Counted from the first letter of the stretch, positions 11,939 through 23,159 are shown. The stretch is 32,416 bases of DNA from Jimgerdemannia flammicorona (GCA_003990765.1 RBNJ01000349.1:1-32416); one strand, 5' to 3'. Notes: generated from the letters alone by a model not told the origin. Numbers and translations: made by a program.

Positions 11939-13990
11939 TGTAAGCACACAACCTCTAAGCCACCAAAATTACACGTCACCCTCTGGACAAGCCACTGAAA
12001 TCACACACGACCTCTGAATAAATCTGGAAATCATCTGCTTGATGTCAAACTGAAGTCACAGTGCATAAAGCTGAGTCAATATGAAGTCACAGAATACAAG
12101 ATCTACACAAATGGAATCTTACCAATCAGGACCAAATGCATATATACTGAGCACTGAAGATGCATCGAATTAGAGAACCAAAACAAATAACAATTACAAC
12201 TTCTAAATACACAAACATGACCACCGAGATCTATACCCATATCTGTGCTGATATTTGGAATGCCATTGTCAGCCGAGCTACACCCCCTCTGCCCCTCATG
12301 AATATCCATAGTCTAGCACTCCTCTACTTTGTGGAAGCTCAATGGAATGCTCTGAACATGCTTAGCGAGGCCCACTGAATCGGACAAATCTCAAGCTACT
12401 ACCAGATCAGCCACCTCCTGGAAGACATAGTCAAACACCACTACAATACAGACATTACCCAGATGTCTCAACACCAGAAGCTTATCATCCGCAAACATCG
12501 AGAACTCTTCTATGAATATAGTACCATTATTCTCCATCTCTGAGTTACTACCAGTGAAATGGTTGCTACCCTGTCCTATAGCCAAATCGATGATATGATA
12601 CAAGAACTCAACCAGAAGTATCTCAAGTATGTCAAAACTACAGACAGAACCTTCTCACACCCCAATGATCACATCCTGCAAATGCCCCAAGTTAGATATG
12701 CTATGAAGGACATCTACAATATAATTCACTTTGATGAAGACGAAGCAGAAGACAATGATCTCTCCAATGCTGACATGACCTCTAGCTAAGGATCTCTGCC
12801 AACCCTGATCACTCCGCCAACCTTGCTGATGAACTTACAACAATTCATAACAGCATACAAGACTTATTGGGACAATGACCACTGGTACAAATACCAACCT
12901 GCATTCACCCCCAACTATTTCAACTATAATGAAGAGACTGGAGAATATAACCTGTACCTCCAGACAACTCTCAAGATTGAACCAACCACTCCACCACCTG
13001 AGTACGAGTGACATGAACCACAGCCACCAGCTTACTACAATTCTGCAACTCATAGTACTGTAACCTATAGAAGGTATGCAGACAGCGAATCCAATGAAAG
13101 CGAAGACAATACACCCATCCTTTGTCCACCAACACCTTATCCAGCCTATGAGACAGACAATACTATCCTGTGAGATGGAGATGAAGTTCTAATATATTAT
13201 TATCTCAGTGAACAAGAAGAAGTAATTCGCGAACCACTCTTCCTAGACGACTACTTTATCAGAGATGATGCAATCAATGGTGATATTATTGAGGACTACC
13301 CAGACAGTGCCTAAACCCATAAATAGCCTAGCAGTCATAGTATAGTTAGAATAGCTTTGTACGACGTGACTGTGAACTGACTCAGCAGTCAGACGATCTC
13401 TTAATATATCAGATCACACTTATACTATGTAATTGCATTCTGACTCAGCAAGGCACTTAGTGCTATATCCATATTCAGCATAGTCTAGATAGCCCCTCAC
13501 TAGTATAAATACCCCCTCCCCCAGACCTCAGAATCTCAGACTCGAACACACAAGAATATTTCTGAACACTTTCCCACAATATCCCTTTACACAACTACTT
13601 CTAGTATAGCAATATCATGAATAGCAAATAAATCTATTCAATAACCCACAAACTACTCTTAAGTAAACTCGCTCCCTGTTAGGTCCCACTTCTAACCCTG
13701 TTACGAAATTTCCTAATTGGGTATTGTCTGCAGTGATATGCCAATTCAACTAAGCTGGTCTTAGTTTCTTAAACTTCCTGAAATATAGAAAATCCTGAAC
13801 ATCCAGAACGAGTCTAAAAAAGGACTTTGGTTGAGATGTCAACCCAATCTCGAAATCAATAAGCATAGAGGATATACTTCATATGAAATTGATCTTGACC
13901 ATAAGAAAATAGTCTTCCAGAATATTCAGAACTTCCAGAAAAATCTTCCAGAACTACGTAATAGTTACCCTAAAAAGCAACCCTCTTACA
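11939..13990 (+). repeat. 3' LTR (2052 bp)
   Basis: TGTAAGCACACAACCTCTAAGCCAC...AACCCTCTTACA. TATAAATA at 13504-13511, AATAAA at 13627-13632. 13261-13990 aligns with 4892-5631. Confidence 0.9.
12217..13314 (+). pseudogene. Degenerate ~366-codon ORF of unknown function inside the U3 region of the 3' LTR
   Basis: ORFs at 12160, 12559 and 12823 share frame +1. From aaacATG at 12217 to TAA at 13314 there are only 5 internal stops (4 TGA, 1 TAA) and no frameshift. Confidence 0.7.
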
Positions 13991-14259
13991 ATATCTTATT
14001 GATGATAACAAAAGAAAGAAAATACCATACTAAAACAAGTATACTTCAGATATAATCAAAAATATTAAAAACTAAGAAAATACTAATCTAATACTGATAA
14101 AGAAATAACTTATCACTATTATCTCTCTCTCACCATACCCTTGTAAGTACAGCAAACCAACTTAAAATAAAGAGAGAAGAATAAAAGAAAAGAGACTCAG
14201 AAAATTGCCTACCAACTTTGTAACTATAGTAAAGAAAGAAGCTGATATCAAGCATTAAG

Positions 14260-15474
14260 TCAAAGTAATCTAAAGAGTATACTTTTGTAGCTTAGAGAAA
14301 TTATATCTTGTATCCTTAATACCCATTTCTTACTTTCTAAACCAACAAACCATTCTTGCCAGTATTTAGATTCAACTTGGTTGCATAGTCTCCACTTGAA
14401 TGCTGGATAGGATCCCCAATCACTCCCTGGCTGATGGAGACTCGTCACCATTGCTTTCATCATTGTCCTTATGCTCTGAATATTTGGACCAATCTCTCAA
14501 CGTTTTGCTGCCCTTTCTGGCGACATGTAATTGTCTTTTCCCTACATTTATCAAGAGGAATAATTTGAATAAAAAAAATTCCAGCAGAGCGTCAAACATT
14601 TTTAAGAATGATTTTACCAACTGCTCAATATTTTCATTAATTTTCTCTTGAAACAGCTCCCCAGAATCGTAATGCTTAAGCATTTCCTCTACATTCTGAG
14701 TTGCCGAGCTATCAACTACATATGTCAATTGTACGGCAGTTGAGTTTCTGTTTTAATCTTAACTATGATATTGACAAATGTGGTCAGATAAATTCCTGCA
14801 AATCAAACAGACCTAACGAACTTCACTCACTTGTTTAGCTTTGATTTCGTTCTTCTTTTGTATTTCTTCTATCTTTAACCAAAATCTCGTATTGAATCTT
14901 TCCTTTTTCACCTTATAATAAAGTTGAAAATTAATTATCGGAAACTAAAATTTATACATTAAAGCGGGGTGACGTAAGGGCGAGGAACGCAACCAGATCG
15001 GCTTGGAGCTCCTTGAGAATCGTCACCCCTACACTCTAGAAGGACGCACCCGCCAGAGTGCTGAGACGGAAGGTGAGGACGCACCCCATACTCCAATACA
15101 GGACGCACCCGTTTGGAGCCCCCACCATCTCTTTGGCAGGACGCACCCGCCTATTTTTTCTTGGTCAATACATTACCTTTTCAAAGAGCACTTTATCGTT
15201 GGGAATCTCCTTTTGAATAGCTTCAATGAACTTTCTTTTCCAACGGGAATTCAGATCTTCAATCTCCAGTCTGGTGTATTCTTCAATCTCGGCTATTTTT
15301 GATGCGTTCTCTTTTAAAATCCGCTATACGATAGTTCATCTGAGTGCATCTTCATTATGTAGGATTTGATAACTATTCACGGAAAAGTACGACTTATCCG
15401 GATACCCAGCTCATCGCTCAAAGCTCAAAGATGTAGCGTTAAAACTCACTTGCACTTGCACGAGGAGATGACAT
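14260..15474 (-). pseudogene. Probable multi-exon gene relic of unknown function, divergent from ZGRF1
   Basis: Two clean phase-0 AG/GT-bounded exons: 15323-15177 (RILKENASKIAEIEEYTRLE...VLFEK) and 14911-14831 (VKKERFNTRFWLKIEE...AKQ). Downstream segments (ORFs 14420..14728 and 14260..14463) do not join in phase. Start codon uncertain. Confidence 0.4.
14966..15148. repeat. GC-rich repeat island: 4 x AGGACGCACCC plus a 9-bp inverted repeat
   Basis: The 11-mer occurs at 15041, 15076, 15100 and 15138. GGGGTGACG (14966-14974) pairs with CGTCACCCC (15021-15029). Confidence 0.85.
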
Positions 15475-15647
15475 TTTGGCGAGTCGCGTGAGCAAGTTGG
15501 AGAAATTTGGAATTTTACCAAAACATTCACTTTGTCTGGGGAGAGTGACGTCATTTACTAATTTCATTAACCACGTGATCAACCTCTCGCGCGTTTTACA
15601 TGCCGTGTCTTTTTCTATACCATCGGCAAAGAGACATCACATGCAAC

Positions 15648-17236
15648 ATGACGGACAACACAATCACACAATATGCTGTGCTATTTACTGGTCAGAAATT
15701 GAAAAAAGCTAAAACATGGCAGGACGGTCAGTGCCTCATTGAAATCTGTCGTGATTGTTCAGCTGTCCCCCGCTCACAGATTCTAACCCTGTGTTTTTTA
15801 GGCATTTTGAAATGCTACAGCTTCAATGCGAAGGTATCAATGAGCAAACAAATCACTTTGCAGGCAACCTGATATCTTGCTAGATCGAGGGTTAGTTGGT
15901 GGATTACCTTATCAACACGCACTTCACCTTTCTATTATCCAGGCGGTGCTTTACGACGAAAAAAATTATGCCATTGACAGGTTGGTCGGTTATTTTGTTT
16001 TCTCACTGCTTTCCGAAACAAGCACGTTTTTAATCCTCACGCAACATATGCATCATGCAGCCTCTTCTTGAAGGGTCGACCCATTGTCAAAGGGGACGAG
16101 TTCGAATTTGACCGAAACTTGGTGACTATCGAGTCAATCCTTGGTACTGTGTCCGATCCAACGCAGTATACCAAGGACGTCAACCGTGGAAATGTACTAC
16201 CGGAAAGCGGCAATGTTAGTATTCTACTTGTTTTCCTCAAATTGGAACATCAAGAATGATTGTGACGCCGTCGTCGAATTGACCATCTAAACCATGCGCA
16301 ATGTCTTTGCGCTACAGTCATCCCATTCTGCGAACGACCCGACTAAAAACCGTCTTCGTTGGCGTCCTGTTTTCTCCGAATTCAAATCTCCCGCACGTAA
16401 CCATACCTCACATAATGGAATGGGCACAAAGCGCGCAGGAACGGAGGAAGAAGACGAAGAAATGCCACCGTACTATGTTCCACCGCCGCCCAATCCGGCC
16501 AGCCTTGTGGATGTCGGGGATGAGATGCCTCCGTATGCGATTATGGAGACGAGGAAGGTCGGGGACCAGGGAGGAGTGTTGGCGAAGAATGAGGTGGTGA
16601 GTATGTTTATCACGAATACTAAGAGGCGTAGAGTGGGCGAATTGAGAGACTAAGAATCTGCACTGTTTCCGTGATCAGACCTTTCCAAAGCGTCGGAAGA
16701 TTGGACTCACACGCCCCAACTCGAGCGAGGCTGCGCAGTCGAATGGCGACGGTGGCGAAGAGTGTGGGCTAGATGAGGATACTCTCGATTACGGAGTTGA
16801 GATGAATAAAAACGAGGCACAGTTGCGGGCTAGGTATGCTGACTGGGCCCGAAGAGCTGCGAGGAAGGCTTTTTTTTCTTCTTCTTCTCACTCTTGTGGG
16901 TTGTTTAATTTAATCAGGCCACATCCGTTAGTACCTACTTCAACGTCCGCGACCACATCACTAACAAAACTACAAGCCTCTACCGCAAACACCGAGCGCC
17001 CTGCCACGGTGGCCCAGCCAAAGCCAAGGTAGAAGGCATTATCCATCAATGCTCCCAGTTACACCTTTAAAAATATATTCACTCCCGAACTGTTTACATT
17101 GCAGAAATCCGCATAAAAATTCTACTGCGGCTACACACGATTGCACCGTATCTTTGGCCAAATCGACGTTTAAGTCCGTATCATTATTGCTGTACGATCC
17201 TCACATTATCGATGTGCGGGTTTTCATCCAATATAT

Positions 17237-17270
<34 letters not shown>

Positions 17271-18307
17271 GGGGGGGGGGGATTTCTAGAACACCGCCAA
17301 CATCCCTTGAGTTTCCAAGTGTGGCCCGATGTGATGCAGTGTCGAAGACGAACAAGCCACCTGTGAGGATGATGCAGATCCCCGTGCGATTTGTGAGTAT
17401 GGCTCAATGTATTTTGGGGTGGAGATAAGATGGACATTTCATTCTTTTGTGTGTATCGAACCAATTTCCTAATACCAAGAGTGTAAAAACCAATATCAGA
17501 ACACACCAAGCCAATACAAAGATACGTTCACTCGCGTGATATATGAGCACCTACAAGTATGTCCCCAGTTCCCATTCTTTCTTCTCCACCTTTCATTATT
17601 AATGAATCGCATCGTGACACTTGGTACGTGACATCTTTTTTAACCTATGTGTAGGTCTTGCTCATGAATATGGCAATGTATTACCGCACGATGTTGGCGA
17701 AGCGACCACGATCAGCGGAGATTGAAGGGTACTTTCGATCGCGGAGGATCGGGTTCTATGCGTCCTGCTCGCTGAGGTGAGTTGGGAACAATTTTATGGG
17801 CTGGTGTTGAGCACCTGGAGTAGTTCGGCCAAAATTCTCATTTCGTGTTCGAGCAGGATAAAATATTTCAAGATTCTATGATATATTGTCATCGATTACC
17901 GTTTTATACTTGTGGCCTGTTAGCGCGGAGTCTAGGTTCGGCGCATGGCAAGCCAAGAGCAATCATAGTGGACTACCAGCCACTACTGTAGCGCCTGCCA
18001 TAGATCAGACGTATTTCTTGGGGCTAGGCAACAAAGAGCATCATTCGCTGTATAGCAAAGGTTGGTTTAACGATATCTTTTTATTGATGCTAAAACCCAA
18101 GGAAACAATAGTGTCTATTTTTAACGCCCAAACGCTTTGCCTCATATATGCAGACGATATATGGATCGTTTCCAAAAGCTTCGACTTCGAACCGGCATCC
18201 ACCTTTCTGGCAAGGAGCGTCTTTTATGGTCCCTCAAGTGGCGGAAAATTGGAGGTGAGTTAGTATCGACTATGCTGCGACTTTGACTTTCAAATCCACC
18301 TATCTGA

Positions 18308-18355
<48 letters not shown>

Positions 18356-21300
18356 AATTGGAACATAAATCCAACAGATGAAATGTATAAATCCGAAAGA
18401 TTCGCGAACAGCGAAAGAGATCATGACCGAAGGGTGTCCTGTCTACGCGATCCGGGGTGTGTCCGCGAGCGCCGAGTTTATGATGCTTGGTGCGTGGGTT
18501 CTCTTTAACATAACTGATTTTATAGTGTGGTTGCAGTAATGTATGCCTCCTCTTTCATTTACTCTTTACAACTTACTCCCAAAACTGTCGGGTCCTCCCA
18601 GACAACCTCACCGACACTCTGCACCAAACTCCGCTGCTCCCATCCATCATCAATTATACTCCTGCGGATCGTCCCGTGTCAACAAAGCAAGGCAGGTTCA
18701 AGCCGCCCTCGCGATTGCCGCAAAAATCTGGATGTCTTATAGTCAAGGAAGAGTATGGACTGGATGTAGGGGCGATGATAAAGGACGTTATACGGGAGTT
18801 TACGCTAAACGAAGATCAGGAGAGGTAAGCGTGCAATCCGTTGTTTTGGCGGTCTAGCTTCCCGTTCTTTGACACGATTACCTTTGATTTAGTGCATTGC
18901 GTGCGCTCGCTCGATCAGTGATTGTAGCGCCAGGTTGGAGTGATGGAACCTCACAGACGACACCGATCCTTCTTGTACATGGTAGGTGTTTGGATGCTGC
19001 TAGTTCTGCTGGGCTCTCTTCAAATCACGAGAGCGAGCCATACCTCTGACACCGATTTTGGTTTTGGTCTGATATCCCAGGCGTCTTCGGTGCTGGTAAG
19101 AGGTTAGTGTATAATTTTGCTACATCTCAGCGATTCACAGATTATATCTTCTGGTATAACGATGGTATGTGGCGAACGAGTAAGATGACACAAGTTTTGT
19201 CCCCAGTTATCTTATCGCTGTGATGATCATCTTCTTGCAACGTGTTGCTGCCGCCGTGGCGAGCGAGAAGGATGGTGGTGAAGAGGTTGAAGACAGGTAC
19301 AAAATTATGGTGACGTCTATGACGGTGAGCTGTTTTGCCATGTGTCGTTTTATCCTTGAATTGCGATTGGAAATGCGTTCTGACCGACGATTCGATTGCG
19401 TAAAACACGGTAATGATAGAACATAGCTGTGGATCGAATTTTGCAGGTAGGCAGTTTGAGTCAATTTTGTATTGGACCATTCACAACATGCCAATTTTAT
19501 TGAAGCAAACTCGCCATTACATCAAACGGCATGTCTATCTACTATGGCGTTTATCACAGACTCTATTAGAGCTTGGCTACAAAGATTTTGTTCGCGTTGG
19601 CAGGCAAGTCCAGATTTCATGATCGTGTTACTGTATAGGGTTGCTTAAATTCAGTCTGGTTATAACATCTTGTCTTTGGCGCCATTCAAAAGCCTCAAGA
19701 AGATAGCCAAGCCGATTCTTCCTTTCACGGCACAGGTGAAGCCAGGGGCACCCCAAGATGGTATCATCATCATATGCGACCCTGCAAACAATGGCTCTTG
19801 TGAAGTTACGTGCTCGAATATCCCTCCTATTAAGGTCTCCTGTCTTTTTTTCTTATATTTCAGAACTCAAAGAACTTGAATATATGCTCGAGAATGACTC
19901 GCTTCCCGAGAAGGAGGCTAAGTATGTGCAGGATGCGATTCGGCGTTTCAAACAGTCGGAAAACAGGGGTCTGGTAGCTAGGTCTTTAGTAGTCGGTTAG
20001 TCCAGCTATGCTACTTTTTCTCGATCCACCTGATCTTTGCTTTCGCTTGCGCATCGGCTAGAATGCTGATGAATTCGGTTTATGAACCGATCTCTTTCAG
20101 GTACTACCTGCATGGCCTCTATCTTCGATGTCTTCAACGACATCCACTTCCCGCTCGTGATCCTAGACGAGTCCTCGCAAATCGCTGAGCCCATGGCCAT
20201 GGTTCCCGTGGCGCGGATCAGCGGCGAGCGGTTGTTGCTAGTGGGAGATCCTCTTCAGGTGCGATAGAGAAATCTTTTGGGCAACTTAGGCTGAATCAGC
20301 TATGCATGGATATATATATCTTGATTGTATTTTCTGCTGTTGTGCGGGAGCAGCTGCCGCCGACCTTAGCAACCTCGGGGAGTGCGGCTAGTGCTGGGAA
20401 GGGATTGGACAAAACTCTGTTTGATCGGGCGATACAGGTGAGTTTGTGTCTCGTTTGTTTTGTATGGAGTCTTTGTTTTGTATGGAGTCCCACCTGTTTA
20501 ACGATTAAATTTATATATTGCTCAATTGCAGATGGGTATCGAGGTATGCGGGACTTGCACGTTGTTGTGAATCATGCAATTGCCTATTACAATACTATGG
20601 GAGCTCACATTTCTGGTGTCTTTCCAATCCCATTAGCCAATCATGCTGAGGACACAATACAGGGTGAATATGCGACCCGTCCTATTTCTGCAGCATAGTA
20701 TGAATCCCTATGACATTCAGACGTATAGCTCATAGAGGATTTATTTTTTGCAGTGCCACCCCAGGATTTCCTCCATAAGCAATATCCTCTTTTACGAGAG
20801 ACGCCTCATCAATGGCGTCACGATGAAAGATCGAGCACCGTTGGTAGCGGATCTGCCAGCTTTGTGTTTTGTGGACGTGCAAGGACAGGTGGGTGACCTT
20901 TGTCTGATTTTAATTCTGCTCGAGAATTATCTGCGTTCATAACCTTATCGTCCCATGTCTGTCACATACAGGAGCAACAAAATCCCCGGTCCAAATCGTT
21001 CAACAACGAAGCCGAGATCAAGGTTGCTGTGGCTACGATCCGGCGGTTGTTAGAGCTTGGGGTGCGTGCGGCGGATGTGGGCGTTATCGCGTTGTGTAAG
21101 TTGAGTTACTGGAGAGAATTTTTTTTGAACGCTTGGTTACAAGACCGATAACGTGCATACTCTCTGATCAATCTGTAGACAAAGACCAGGCGGACAAGAT
21201 CGACGCTGCTCTTAAAAGCTTGTCGGTGGGGAAAAAGAGAAAGGATGGCGTACAGGTAAGTTTCTTCTTGAAATTGTGCCCGAATGCTTTGTTAGAATAA

Positions 21301-22689
21301 GACATAAATGCATGCGAATGAGATATACCTGATCAACCACAATTTCGATGGCAGAGCTCCACTGTCGACGCATTTCAGGTACAGTCATGTATCCAAGACC
21401 ATCTGCAATTCAACCATTCAAATCCAACCCAATAACGTCGCACTCTATCTACCATACTTCTTCAGGGAGCAGAAAAGGATGTCATCGTGTTATCATGCGT
21501 TCGGACAGCGCGAACCAATTTCATCGACAATCCGCAACGGGTGAACGTGGCACTGACGAGGGCAAAGAGGTAGGCTTTAGGGCATGTAGCAGGCCATTTG
21601 TACTCCAGGCACTACCGAGTTATAGCATTTGCACCATTCCTAAATTGGTCGGGATATTTATTTGTCTTTCTAGACATCTTATATTGCTTGGAGAACGCAA
21701 AACGTTGGAGTCGAACAACATGTGGAACAGGATTATCTCACAATGCAAAGGTAATTAGACATATGGTTGGTATATCCACTGATATGGGCCAATGTTAACG
21801 TTATGGGATCATAGGCTCGTCAGATGAATATACAGACAGCCATACATTTATGCAACGTCTGAACGTACTCAAGCTTGCGGCAGACGAGCCGAACCGACCC
21901 AGAGAGGATACATTGGCAAGGGATATGTCGTCGACGTCATCGTCGCGGGCGGGTACGACAAGATTGCAGTCGGTTCGTCTTTTATCGCCATCAGCCAAGT
22001 CGCATCAAGAAGTGGGAATGGATGCCGATCTTGAGGACGAGATGATGGAATTGGACAGCATGGCTCTTACGAAGAAAACACTCGCTCCCAACGGCGATGA
22101 AGGTGGCATTGTGCAGCTGACGTATCGCAGGATTGCCAAACAATCGATCTCTACCACCGTCAAGGAAAACGTCGTGCCGCGAGATCCAGTCGCCACACCG
22201 TCGGTGGTGGCTACGACACACACAATCGACGAATCGGGGTTGGACAACGTGTCCGAGTTCGATATCGAGAAAGGTTTTTCGCAGTCGATCTCGGCAACGT
22301 CTCGGAAAACCCAAGACTTCCTGCAACAAAAACCCCGTGACACTTTGTTGTCGATATACGAACGGTCAATGGCAACCAGTAACAACAAAACCGTCCTACA
22401 TGAGACAGGCAACGTCACAACTGACAGCTCATCGAATTCGACCGCCTGGGATGCGTCACTCAAGCGATCCATCGCGCAGACGATGACAAAGGACGAGCGG
22501 GCGCCAATCCGACCATCGTTATCGATCGTTGACGCGGTGCAACAGAGGTTACGGGTGGGAGCGATGGCTGGTCTGGTGGAGGAAGGGATGGCATTGCCGG
22601 CGCCGAGCAAGATGGTGAGGGAGGCGGAACAGGTTGAGGACGGAGATGGGGATGATGATGAGGACGATGTTGGGTGTTTGGAGTTTTAA
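15648..22689 (+). CDS. ZGRF1: ZGRF1-like 5'-3' DNA helicase (N-terminal DUF2439, C-terminal UPF1-like SF1 helicase), many exons
   Basis: N-terminus YAVLFTGQKLKKAKTWQDG (DUF2439). Central YSKDDIWIVSKSFDF...FYGPSS. Helicase motifs across exons: HGVFGAGKSY, TNIAVD, RVGSLKKIAKPIL, ILDESSQ, VGDPLQLPPT, LRTQYRCHP, TVDAFQGAEKDVI, RVNVALTRAKRHL. Long low-complexity last exon ends at TAA 22689. Confidence 0.9.
17239..17281. repeat. (TA)n microsatellite followed by a G13 run, intronic
   Basis: Directly visible, 7 nt before the acceptor AG at 17288-17289. Confidence 0.9.
18315..18354. repeat. T40 homopolymer, intronic
   Basis: Directly visible. Confidence 0.9.
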
Positions 22690-22720
22690 GGATTTGTAGA
22701 CTTGGCATGTAGCGATTGAC

Positions 22721-22763
22721 CTGATGTATAAATCTAGATAGTCTGATGTATAAATCTAGATAG
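22721..22763. repeat. Tandem duplication (22-bp period) just 3' of the ZGRF1 stop
   Basis: ctgatgtataaatctagatag at 22721-22741 and 22743-22763. Confidence 0.9.
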
Positions 22764-23159
22764 GAAAGGTGGTCACGTTTTTTGTGGCCGAACGCGATTA
22801 TCGACAAGCCATTTTAGCGCATTGACGTTGAACTGTTGGTATCTCGCGCATTCCTACAGGTACAAGAGAGTCTCCCTTATGCATCTGTTTAGAACAGTGG
22901 CAGGCACGAGATAATAACGATTTAGGCCTAATACTGAGCGAGTTATAGGATGCAAATGATGCGAACCTCGGAGTATTGCGCGTGCTCACCAAACGGCCAC
23001 GGGTCTTGCGAGCTAGAGAAAAAGGAGGGGGTGGTGAGTCAGATGGTGTGACCACCATCTGGGAAAAATTTTCAGTAAAAGCCGCCTCAACTGTGAACCG
23101 CTCGTTGCTATATCTTCTCTTTTGTCGATTTTTTCCTTGAGGAACTACATATCGTCAAC

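Larger units (their letters stand above)
4130..13990 (+). mobile_element. Ty3/Gypsy (Metaviridae) chromovirus-type LTR retrotransposon carrying a dUTPase; inactivated
   Basis: Two LTRs each bounded by TGTAAG...CTTACA, with PBS and PPT. PR-RT-RH-IN order and a C-terminal chromodomain. Many in-frame stops. No target-site duplication (flanks cagag / atatc). Confidence 0.93.

Noticed and set aside
12217..13314. env-like gene
   Set aside because: No signal peptide or transmembrane segment is visible, and it lies inside the LTR after the PPT.
15041..15148. CRISPR-like repeat-spacer appearance
   Set aside because: Repeats are only 11 nt, spacers are irregular, there are no cas genes and the context is eukaryotic.
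18142..18366. Poly-lysine ORF
   Set aside because: Translation of the intronic T40 run on the opposite strand.
21991..22807. Minus-strand and alternative-frame ORFs up to 201 aa
   Set aside because: Shadows of the last ZGRF1 exon.
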